Assembly (NCBI RefSeq): GCF_009914755.1
Contig: NC_060938.1
Origin: the human T2T-CHM13v2.0 reference genome, Homo sapiens
Strand: one strand, 5' to 3'
Length of the DNA: 64,000 bases
Below the pieces are notes generated by a model that worked only from the letters and a program-made list of their open reading frames with translations, did no database searches and had not been told where the DNA came from. This document shows positions 51,921-64,000 of the stretch, piece after piece (the stretch's first letter is position 1; each line of letters starts with the position of its first letter). The position numbers and the translations under genes were made by a program.

Positions 51921-52376
51921 TGTGTTAGTTTCCTGTTACTGCTATAACAAGTTTCTGCAAACTTAGTGGCGTAAAACAACACAGATGCATTATCTTAGAG
52001 TTCTGCAGGTCAGAAGTCCAAAACGGATGGATGGCAGGGCTGTGCTGCTTCTAAGGCTCTAGGAGAAAATCCCTTTCCTTGCTTTTTCTAGCTTCTGGAA
52101 GTTGGCTGCTTTCCTTGGCACATGGCCCCACATCACTTTGCCCTCTGCTTCTGCTGTCCCAGCTCCTGCTCTGACCCTGACACTCCTGCCTCCCTCTTGT
52201 GAGAACCCTTGTGGCTACCTTGGGCTCACCAGATAATACAGGATAACCCCCTTCTCTCAAGATCTTTAATGTAATCACATCTGCAAAGCCCCTGTTGGCA
52301 TGTAAGGTAACATGTTCACAGGTTTCTGGGCTTAGCGTGTGGACACCTTGGGGGAGGCCATTATCTACCTACCACA
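51921..52376 (-). mobile_element. MLT1C/D-like MaLR solo LTR
   Basis: tgtgttagtttcctgttactgctataacaa ... ggccattatctacctaccaca; TSD atgta/atata. Confidence 0.88.
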
Positions 52377-53169
52377 ATATAATAACAATTTACTGCTATC
52401 TTCCTTACAACTAAGCTGAAAATAGCCAAAGACATTGGCTTTTAGATGAATTTAAGTATTCACTTAGATTTACCTGTAACATGGTTAACATAGTTCTAAC
52501 TCCTAACAAATGGCATTTTAAACCTCAACGCAGCTTCATATCAAATTCCAAACTGCAAGGCAGCAGGCAATCATGTCTTAGAGTCATCATTTCAGATAAC
52601 ATTCTTGCCAGTAACCCAGATTTCACTCTTGATTGAATAGTTTTCAAAAGAATTTTTACTGTCCTGCAAGTGTTAGAAAAATAAAGCAAGGATCCTTTGG
52701 CCATTATCCCCACTTTTTTGGAAAAGGTGCTGGCTAGCCCATTTTTTTTTCAGGTAATTTTTTTTTTAGCATACATCTTGAGGTTAGGCAATTAACTTCT
52801 CTAATAATTACTATTATCTGTTCTTCATTGATCTATTCCTGTATTTCTATGTTACCTTCTTCCTTTCATGTATGTATGCCCTTCCCTCTCCCACACCCCT
52901 TGCTTCCAGAACTTTTAGGAAAAGTGGAAAGGTAATAGCCAAAGGTTCCTTATTTTATTTTTCCAACACTTGCAGGCTAAACTTTTTTTCCCAGACTCCT
53001 TTGTAATTAATTAGGTGTGGCAAATCAGTTACAATGCCTGTCAGGAAAAAAAGAAAAATATTTGATGAACAAGTAGTTTATTCAGCAATAAATATTATGT
53101 TATATTGTATAATATATGAGAGTTGATCATATTGTGATATTGATGATATAAAAAATTGTATATAATCCA

Positions 53170-53430
53170 TATGCCTGGCTAGATTTTGAGACCTTTTGGG
53201 ACAGGGATTTTGTATTACTTTTCCTAAAGCAGTGTCTAACATTTACAGTATTTGCTCAATAAATGTTTGATGAATGAATTGTAGTGTATTCAAGCTAAAA
53301 GAGTCCTTGGAGATCACCTCATCTAAACCTTTCATTTTAAATGTGAAGAATCAGAAACCTAGAGATTCTAAGCACTTTGCCCATGTTCACTGGCAGAGCT
53401 AGGACCCATTTATCTCATATATCATATCCC
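53170..53430. mobile_element. L2 3' end (+) abutting a MIR (-)
   Basis: gctcaataaatgtttgatgaatgaa then ccttggagatcacctcatctaaacctttcatttt. Confidence 0.6.
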
Positions 53431-53479
53431 ATATCAAATGGCATGATCTTTTTAAACCAACCTATCTTGTTTCCCAGAC

Positions 53480-54025
53480 CAAATGAGACTCTTTTTGTAA
53501 CCAACTTATCAGAACTCACATCTAAACAAGTATTATTTGCTCCAACAAAGTCTCTTTGGAGTTGCTATACTAGTCAAATACTACTGCCATTTAAAAGAAT
53601 TCATGGAGCTTCATTTTAGAAATTACTCTGATAGCCTGTGGCATTTTCTTTAGAATTTCCTTAATTGTGGCTGGTAAATATCCATCCTTTGAAAATGGAT
53701 TTGATTTTGAGAAACAGAAGTTGTTTGGAGTGCATTTTGATGAATAAAAGTTGAATTTAGATGACGTAGCTATACAATTCTGGCTTTAGTCAAGAAAAAA
53801 AAAAAAAGGTGAGACTGTGTGTTACTTTATGACAGGTTTTCCTACATGATTTGCCAACCAGCTTGGGAGACAATTCCAGAAGAGGGGATGTCTGGGCATT
53901 TTGAGCAATAGCACTATTGTTGGAATAAATTAATGGAGTCCTATGGCAACTAGAGAAACAACAGTCTTTGGGAATGTATATGTAGCTCACATGTAAGAAA
54001 TGCCTGTGTTGCAAAACACCTATAT
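53480..54025. mobile_element. MARNA-like mariner-derived element
   Basis: cctttgaaaatggatttgatttt and caattccagaagaggg...ttttgagcaatagcactattgttggaataa. Confidence 0.6.
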
Positions 54026-54379
54026 GAATTTCAAGTGCTTTGAGATTCTACAAAGAAACTTAGAAGAGTTTTAGGCCTACAGTAGCTCCTTATTCAAAAA
54101 CCAGCCACAAGATGAAAGAAGTGTTATTAAAATAGTGAGGGAAAGATTTCTGGATAAAATAGTGGAAAGTTAGTAACCTGATACACCCTTTTCTTGGAAT
54201 ATTTAGTAAAATATGAGAACAGAAGACTACAAAATGGTAGAATTTGTGCCTTTCCAACAATGCTCCCGTTCGGGAACTGAGATGATTCTAAAAGTAACCA
54301 TGTGCACAGTGAGAGGATCCAGGAGGAAAATTTCTGCCCTCCCCATCAACAAGCCCCAGTTTGGAAGAGACCTTTTCAC

Positions 54380-55920
54380 CTGAGAGATGATAAATAAACA
54401 AGAAACAATAGGGGCCGTCAATGAAAGCTTGCAACTCCAAAATAAAGAAAACAATGCTCTAACAAAATGTATCCAGGGTCTGCCTTCAATAACCCTAAGT
54501 TAAGCTGGGGAAGGGGGAAGCAAGCATTCAGAATTATTGCTTTGGTTTTATACAGGTATACAAAAATTGACATATCGGTCTCATTACTTTATGTTCACAC
54601 CTGGCCTGTTTTGAGGAACGCCACAGGGTTTCCCCTCACAATCCAATTTAAAGGCTTTTCAGTTGCATAATTACACTCTTTTGGTAAATTACCATCTTGA
54701 GCAAGGGCACACGAGGAAGGATGGTTGAGCATGCACTTCCTGGGAAAATACCATTTTTCTGTAATAGAAATATTTTCTGAAGTAAACATTCATTTGAGGA
54801 AATAGAAACATGTGAATATGTGGCCAGAAAGTAATTATCTAAGGATTCAACAAACATCCCAGCCTAGAAAGCCTTTCGCCAGCCTCCTCTGCCTACAGAA
54901 TTACAGAAAACCAGAAACCCCACCTGATTCGACCACGTCCGTGCTACTCTTTCTTCAGGCTGAGCCCCCATGCCACTTGGCTGTTGCATTTCCAGGAAAG
55001 TGGGAGATATCCACCAGTGTGGATAAGTTGTCCCACCACGACAGCGCAGCATACTTGCCTCACTGCAACAGCTGAGCTTCTTAAAACGTTTCGTCCCTTG
55101 GCTTTTTGGAGCACACTTTATTGAGGAAGTGCTAAACCCTGACGTGCACTCTTGAGTGTAGTTATTCACAGAATCCAACATAAGGGGGTTTCAAATATCA
55201 TCTGCCCACAAGCACCTCCAGACTAAATTGTCCTCAGTTAACAGTCAAAAGCTGATCCTTCTATGTGCCAGTCCTGCAAACTCCGCCTGTGATAAAGGAC
55301 CCAGCTGTGCTCTTTTCTGCCTCTCACACCTTCAAAAGTAATAAAGCCTCCGCAATTGGAATTTAGCTGTCAATTCTGCTGATGAGGCAGCAAGAAAATT
55401 AGAAGCCGTTTCCTACCCCATAGCTGTGTTGAACTCAACAAACACTAACTGGGGCAAAAAGTTGTGGCTGCACAGTTGAGTCAGCAGCCAGGACCAAGAC
55501 TCCGGGAGCCAGTATATTGACTGAGAAAGGGATATTTCAAAATAGTGGTTTTGCTGCCAAGAACTCCAGTTTTAAAGGAGAATTCTCTGATAATTGAGGG
55601 TTGTTTAAAATTTGATATCCTTTGTTAAAACAAACAACTTGGAAATGCCTAAAGCAGGTTCCCTGGAGACCAATATAACCCAGAAAATGTAATAATGCAA
55701 AGCCTAGGCAGCTGAGTTTTCATTTGTGCCTAGCTTCAGAAAGCAAAACCCCTAAGGGGTCTGAACCCAAGGCTCATTTGTTCTTAATAAGCTCAGTTCC
55801 AGGGGCCCTGTCTGCCTCCAGCTAATGACAACACCACCAGCAGCTGGGGTAGCTGAATTCCAAAGAAGAGTGAGAACCAGAGATAAGAAAAAAGTGTGGA
55901 TCCACGTCAGCATTTGTTAA
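54380..55920. promoter_or_regulatory. Candidate cis-regulatory island
   Basis: No recognisable repeats, CpG retention; SOX AACAAT sites, TTCCAGGAA 54990-98, TGAGTCAGCA 55477-86, CCACGTCAGCA 55902-12. Confidence 0.35.
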
Positions 55921-58507
55921 TATCTGGAGCCCACATCTTATATTTTTAAAAGTTCATTCAGCATGGATTCTCTAGCCCCCTAACAGAGGGCATTTCTTGG
56001 TGCTAATCAAGATGGCACTGGAGACAGGTAGTAACAGGCAGTTCCTCACACCTTTCCCTGCACTCCATCCACTGATCTGGTACCATAGCTCTCAGAGAAG
56101 CTGCTTCTGCTCCACAGTACACAGAGGGGGATTGCTAACATCATTCCCCAATACTATCTCCTGATCATGAGAGTCTTCAACACAGACAGTAAGTCATGAA
56201 CTCACATTTCCCTCCTTTCCCAAGGATTTAGGTGTTTCTTCTCTGAGGAATCCTGGGCTACTGGACCCCATGTCCTTGTAAAGGATCTGGGGCAGCAACT
56301 TCACTGCACCTCTGGTCTGCTTGCTCTTGTAAGGCAACCATCCTCACACAGGCCTTGCTCAAATCACCTTCTCTGGATTCCCAGACTTAGTAATTCAAGG
56401 GATCCTTCCTATTGTCTTGGTCAGCCCCATCCGTAACAAAAGCAATGCATTTTCAAAATGATGGCAGCAGTACAGATGGTGCAAAGGAACCATTGGTTTC
56501 CGCTTTAGGTGGGCCTGGATTGTGTTTCCCTAACAGGACATGAGAAGGAACTTCCTGGTTGGGGAGACATTAAAAGACACAGAGGGACATTCTTCATGGA
56601 AATAGCAGTGTAGTCATATTAAATCTTACTATGTCTAGGAGGCTTTTCTGATTTCTGGTTCTTGCCTATTTTCAGTCTAGTTCAAGAACAGAGCCTTATA
56701 GCTCTAGGAAGTTCTAGGGCTTCACTTTCCAGGGAACTGAGGATTTGGTAGCCTCCCAGGGCACTCACCACAGAACCAGATCTGGAACTGGACTGATAAT
56801 TGGGCCTAACTGTCCCAAGCAATAGGGTCACCCTGTTCTGCAGCCTAATCCCAGGGGTGTTCAATCAAATTCAAGCATCCAGTATGCTCAGATGTTTAAA
56901 CTGGAGTCTATCATCATAGTGCGGTAGACAACACAGAATGTTCAATGAAGTTCTCCTGGCTGGCATGGTCACTTTAGTTGTGGGAGGGGTCCTTCTCTGT
57001 GCTAGGAGTGAGGGTAGTTTTGTCTGGTTGCTTCTGGTCAGAGGAATGAATCAGGTCTCAGTTGGCTTCCAAGGGAAGAGTGCCTATCTGCTGCTGCCCC
57101 AGGATCTTTTCCAGGATTCAGTTCTCTTTCCCTAAAGTTGCCTCGTCAGAAGAGGAGGCTTATTTTCTTCTGATTGTACTATTCCTGTCTTGGTATAGCA
57201 AAGTATAGCACACATATTTTGCATTTCAGAAATGTTGACAAACCAAGGTTTCATTTGTTGCATCAAAATGGCACTAAAGTTAGATAAACATCTTCTTCAT
57301 TTACTGTCATGTAGTCATCTTCCAAGATAAGCATTTTTTTTAAAAAACTTTCTATACATTCGTTGACCTTGTTATTAAATAACAGCTACAATTTATTGAG
57401 CACATATCATGTACCAAGCATGACTGGTATAAGCAGAGAGGGGAGGAGAGATCAAGAAAACATGAAGGAAAGGACAGAGACAGAAACAAACAGAAAGCAG
57501 GTGATGAGAAATAACATTTAGCTATATGTATTCTGTAAAAGTAGCATGTAACAGAAACCCAACTATCGCAGCTTGAGCAAATACAAACCTCCCAAGACCT
57601 CAGTCAGAAAGTAACCACAAGCTTTAAGAACTCACCTTTATCTTCCCACATTCATCACCTACAACTGTATATACTCATAAATACATACAAGCACACACAA
57701 ACGCACAACAGTGTGCATTGTACATACTCGTCTCTGCTAGCTAATAAGATGCCTTTGTGCAAATTAAAGTCACCTCCTCTGGAGAACCAAATAACAAAGA
57801 GTCTCCCTTCATCTGAGACAAGGCTTGACAAGGGAGCTTGAGCTGAAGCAAGGCTTGACAAGGGAGCCGGCCCCCTTGGCTCTGCCGAACCTGCACCACC
57901 ATATGTGATTTAGCGGCCTTGGTTGAGTTTCCCATCCCTCAGGATTGCTAAGGGGCTCCATTAGCCTTAGTCCCTTGGTACCTTTTTTTCCCTCTGCACA
58001 CTAGACCACTGAAATCTTAAGCTTCCTGAGGCCAGCATCTTCAATAGTTGATAGCCAAAACTCCTTTTGTGGGTCATGTATTAATTCATATCAAGAGAGA
58101 TGAAGGCTTCCAATTTAAATCACATCTAACTAACAGCCCCTATGCAACCTCTCCAAAATTCCCACTAAAATACATACACTAGAACTCGTAGTGATAATGA
58201 AAACACTGACAGAAAAAAAATTGTCAGAATATGGGAGGAATGTTTACTAACTATAGAAAGCTAAACTGAGAAAAATAATCGATTTTATGCTTCATTTCTC
58301 TCTTCCTGGCAACCAAAACCACCTGAAAAAAATAATAACCTGTTCCACCTCCCCGTCCCTGCATCCTGATTCCAGGACCCAGTGTCTGTACCAACCAGGA
58401 ACATGAACAGCCAGCCTTGCACTGGGGTAGCCCTCCTTTCCCCATGTTTCCCACAGGCACACAGGAGGTTTAATATGTTGGTGACTCTTCAAACAAAATT
58501 TTTTCTT

Positions 58508-58604
58508 AAGACTAGTCAAATGCAGTGGTGAGAAGGGGGGAAGATTAGAACAAGGAGTTTGATCTGTAATGGACTGAGCAATCAATTGAGATAACTCACT
58601 ACCT
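58508..58604 (-). pseudogene. Y1 RNA (RNY1) retropseudogene, lacking the first ~11 nt
   Basis: Minus strand AGGTAGTGAGTTATCTCAATTGATTG...CTCCTTGTTCT...CCCCCCTTCTCAC...TTGACTAGTCTT plus short A tail; imperfect TSD tcaaacaaaattt / tcaagcaaatattt. Confidence 0.93.
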
Positions 58605-59015
58605 CAAGCAAATATTTATTAAATATCTGTCTCATATTTATTTAGATGGGCAAGAAAAAAAATTGATATTCTATTTTAAAATTATATACCTCATTCTTAA
58701 TATTCAAAATAAGGAATCTACTTGATGTACTGAATTAACATTTTAACTGATTGAAAATGCCTGCCTATTCAGTTTTTAATCACTTGTAAATGTATTAGTT
58801 ATTCATATTCATTAAGAATAAAGATAAAATAAGTCTTACTTGAAATTTGTTTACATTCTCTTTTCTCATTTTTATGCCAGAAAAAAAATCTTTCCCACTT
58901 AAAACTTTTTCTTTTTCAATTTTAAGTTTTAATTTTCCAAACCAGATATACTTTCTTGGCAGGTATATTTAAAACTTATACTAAAAATCAATTCTCTGGT
59001 TCTTAATAAACAAAT

Positions 59016-59519
59016 TCTGCTGCATAACAAATCACTCCAAACTTAGTGGTATGAAATAAGTTTATTAGTCCTCATGGTTCTGGGAACTGGCTGGGCTCAG
59101 CAGGGTGGTTCTCACTCAAGGTTTCCCAGGCAGTTGCAGACAGTGGTGAGGCTGGAGCTGCCTGAAAGGTATTCTTACTCACACGTCTGGTGCCTGGGCT
59201 AAGAAGACAAGTATAGCTGGCACCCCTCAGGCATCTACCTATCTCTACATGGCTCCCATCTCTCCACATGGCTTCTTCAGCATGGTGGTTTCAGGGTATC
59301 CAGATTTCTTATATGATGGCTCAGGGTCCTAAAGGCACGTATTTTGAGAGACAGCCAAGTGGAAGCTTTATTCCTAGCCTCAGAAGTCATGTAGCGTCAA
59401 TTCCATAATATTCTATTCATCAGAAGCAAGCCACTAAGTCGCCAGCCCATATTTAAGGAGACGGTAACTGGACTCCACCTTTTATTGGGAAAATTGTCAA
59501 ATGTGTTAAAACCTCCACA
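59016..59519 (-). mobile_element. MLT1G/H-like MaLR LTR
   Basis: tgctgcataacaaatcactccaaacttagtgg...ctgggctcagcagggtggttct...aaaacctccaca. Confidence 0.8.
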
Positions 59520-59629
59520 ACATAGTACTATGCCATACATTATTTAGTTTCCAGATTTTTTAACTGATTACAACCACTGAATCCAGGTGACAGTTATCTA
59601 TCTGGTTCTAGGGTTAAAGCATGCTAGTA

Positions 59630-59905
59630 CTATAGTCTCAGCACTTTGGCAGGCTGGGTCAGGCAGATCGCTTGAGCCTAGGAGTTTGAGACCAGCCTGG
59701 ACAACATAATGAAACCCCATCTCTATAAAAAATACAAAAATTAGCCAGGTCTGGTGGCACACATGCTTGTAGTCCCAGGTACTCAGGAGGCTGAGGTGGG
59801 AGGATCACTTGAGCCCTGGAAGTTGAGGTTGCAGTGAGTGGAGATCATGCTACTGCACTTCAGCCTGGACAATAGAGTGAGACCCTGTCTCAAAAAAAAA
59901 AAAAA
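59630..59905 (+). mobile_element. AluJb-like, 5' truncated
   Basis: Dimeric Alu with ggaggatcacttgagccc and A tail. Confidence 0.92.
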
Positions 59906-60149
59906 TCCTTAAGCAGCCAGATGGAAATCACAAGGAATCTACAATGGAATGTATTGTACAAATTGGTCTCTGATTCCACCTCTTTAACAGTAAATGAAGC
60001 AGCAACATGGAGACAACCTATCCCTAAATGCACTATGACCTTGTCAAAGAGAAAGAAATGTCACCCACAGGCCTAGTGCTCACCCTTCTAAAAAAGACTG
60101 AAGGTGAATCCACCATATCCAGTATCTCTGTTTTTATCAGTTAAGGTCC

Positions 60150-61720
<1,571 letters not shown>

Positions 61721-61727
61721 GTAGTGG

Positions 61728-61903
61728 TTTATTTTGGTTTTGGTTTTGTATTGGGAGGGACTGGGTCTCACTCTGTCACCCAGGCTGAAGTGCAGCGGTG
61801 CAATCACAGCTCACTGCAACCTTGAATTCCTGGGCTCGAGCAATCCTTCCACCTCAGCCTCCCATGCAGCTGGGCCTATAAGGGCAAGCCATCATGCCTG
61901 GCC
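61728..61903 (-). mobile_element. FRAM/FAM-like Alu monomer
   Basis: gggtctcactctgtcacccaggctgaagtgcag...catgcctggcc with (TTTTGG)-type tail. Confidence 0.85.
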
Positions 61904-63749
61904 CAAAAACCTTTTTCAAGAAAAAAAAGGCATATATTTACCAGCTTTCCTAATTCTGCTGCATCTGCTGCTGTTGTCATCCAACCAGTTGCCAACTGGG
62001 AAGTGGAAAAGGAAAAGAAAATTTATCCTCCCCTCCATTACCTCCTATTGCACATCCTTTCTTGGTAGCTTTTTCTCTTTTCCCTTTTTCATTTACTTTT
62101 TGACTTACATCTTACCCTTTTTGGAAGGCCTAATTAGACGGAAGCTTTGGGACTGGCATGGTGTTGGAAACCTGGGTCTGCGAAGGGAGTTCATATTACA
62201 TTGGACATTTTGGTGGTGGATCACATGGCAGGAGTGAGAAGCAGGGTGAAATCCTGGAGGCCCTGCATGGACAATGATGCCACTTATTGTTGCCAGCACC
62301 AGGCAGGCTCAAATCTCCTCTTTAGAGAAGTATCAGGAGCAGCAGCTGGTTGGTTTAGAGCTGCTATTTCAATGGTTAAAGCAAGAAATGATATATATCA
62401 TGTTATTCAATGTAACATGAAAATATGTCTTGAAAACGAGGCTTCATTTTTTCCTTTTCTTTCCACCTTATCCATATATAAGTGATAATACAGTGGCTGA
62501 TGCAAATGTCATAAAAGCATAAAGATGAAAATGGAGCAAGTGACTGGGGTTAGCTGAGAAGAAGATGTAGCCAAGGGAAAGACAGGAATCTGGCATCAGC
62601 AATTAATCATGGCCAAATAAATCTGATATTTGACCGCAAGGATACCATCAGACACCCATTGAGAGCTTCAAGGAGTTCAGTTCCCTCAGTGATTACTAAA
62701 GCCAGCTTTGATCATTTAAAAATCACATTTTGTTTTTCCAGAGGAGTTTGGTCTTTATTCCTTAAGCAAACATTGATTTATCCCTCTTTTCTGGGCAGAG
62801 ATTCCTGTCATATAACCGCTCTGGCTAAAACAACTATTTCTGTGCTCCAAAGTCTCAGTAGCCTGCTTGTAGGAAGAGAATATTTTAGTCTCTTGGAGCC
62901 GCCAACAGGCAAATAGAAGGTAAAGAAAAGACTGCCACCCCCACCTGCTAGGTTTGGAACCATCAGAAACCAGAGCTCAAACTTTATAAATAGAGGCAGC
63001 AACAGGGGTGTCACATTCACGAAAACCACTGGATGCTACAGCCTTTGGAAATCCTTGTTTGGATGATCTCAGTCAATAAATATCGTCAAGGTCAAAACCC
63101 AGACTTTGAAGGTATGGTGGAATCAAATGATCTTTTATTTGCAACTGCTGAAGGCAGGCTCCTCATATGTGGGAGAAGAAGAGCCCATGGCCTTGAGATC
63201 TCAGATCTAGGAAACTCCTGAGAGAAAAGAAAAAGGAAGGCCGACTGAGAAGGGGGTGTTCCCTGAGCTGAACCTGGAGGGTTGCAGCTGACATCTCTGC
63301 TCCTCCAAGCAGGGCTCCTGGAGGAGGGCACACGTGAGCAGCTTGGAGAACCACCAGACCAGGTGTGGTCTAGAGACTGAGTAGATCCCTGAGGCTGGAA
63401 GTTGATATAATTGCCAGAAAGCCACAGTCCTCCCCTGGAAGTGGGATAGCATCTCAGTCATAGATTGCTTTTCATGTATGTTAAAGATATCTGCTTCTGG
63501 CTTTTGGAATATATTTGCCAGCAAAGGCAAGTTTAATTAGGGTTAGAGGAAAGGTCCCTACTATCTCTTGCAAACATCCTCAGCCTGAAATGAGTAAAGG
63601 CAAGAGTGGGAAACTTTACCCAATCAAGCCCTGCAGGTGATTCTGCTGTAGGGAGCAGTGATCCAGGTGAATCTCTTTACCATCAGAGTTCAACAGCACA
63701 CACCATTCAAAGCCTGGGTAGCCTCTTCCTTTCTGGTGAAAAGAGCTCC

Positions 63750-63975
63750 AGCCACATACCAGGCACTGTGATGGGCTCCAAGGTGCAAAAATAAGTAAGA
63801 TTCTCTTTTGCTTTTGCCTTCACTGAACTAGTGACAAACAGACACATCCAAACTAAGTCCTAACATGATGGGATTAGAACTATGACAGGGGCATTACAAA
63901 GTGCTATGGAAATACAAAGGGAGGCTAAGTTAGTTCTAATGGGAGGAGTAGGGCCAGGCAGGCTAGCAGGAAAAG
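63750..63975 (-). mobile_element. L2 fragment
   Basis: ccaggcactgtg...aaagtgctatggaaatacaaagggagg. Confidence 0.55.
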
Positions 63976-64000
63976 CCTATCATGAACTCTTTATTGAATT

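Overview
Primate (human-like) nuclear DNA, intergenic or deep-intronic, dominated by interspersed repeats: Alu/FLAM/FRAM, L1, L2, MIR, MaLR/ERVL/ERVK LTRs and hAT/Tc1-mariner DNA transposon relics. I find no convincing protein-coding gene. Nearly all listed ORFs are Alu-, L1- or LTR-derived or chance ORFs. The notable structures are: (1) an ~11 kb three-level nest, in which an old internally deleted L1PA15/16-type element contains a full-length L1PA8-type element with an ~108 bp 3' transduction, which in turn carries a MER9 (ERVK) solo LTR in ORF1; (2) a four-level nest, L1ME > LTR16A > THE1C(-) > THE1B(+), that creates overlapping inverted repeats; (3) a 42-bp tailless retrocopy of the 5' half of tRNA-Ile(TAT) between perfect 17-bp target-site duplications (TSDs); (4) a Y1 RNA retropseudogene; (5) repeat-free, CpG-retaining islands with HOX/PBX, SOX, STAT, MARE and octamer motifs (enhancer candidates); (6) a few splice-site pairs, one giving a speculative 90-aa spliced ORF. 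Repeat subfamily names come from remembered consensus sequences and need RepeatMasker/Dfam confirmation. Boundaries of ancient elements are approximate. I see no evidence for a wholly new biological system.
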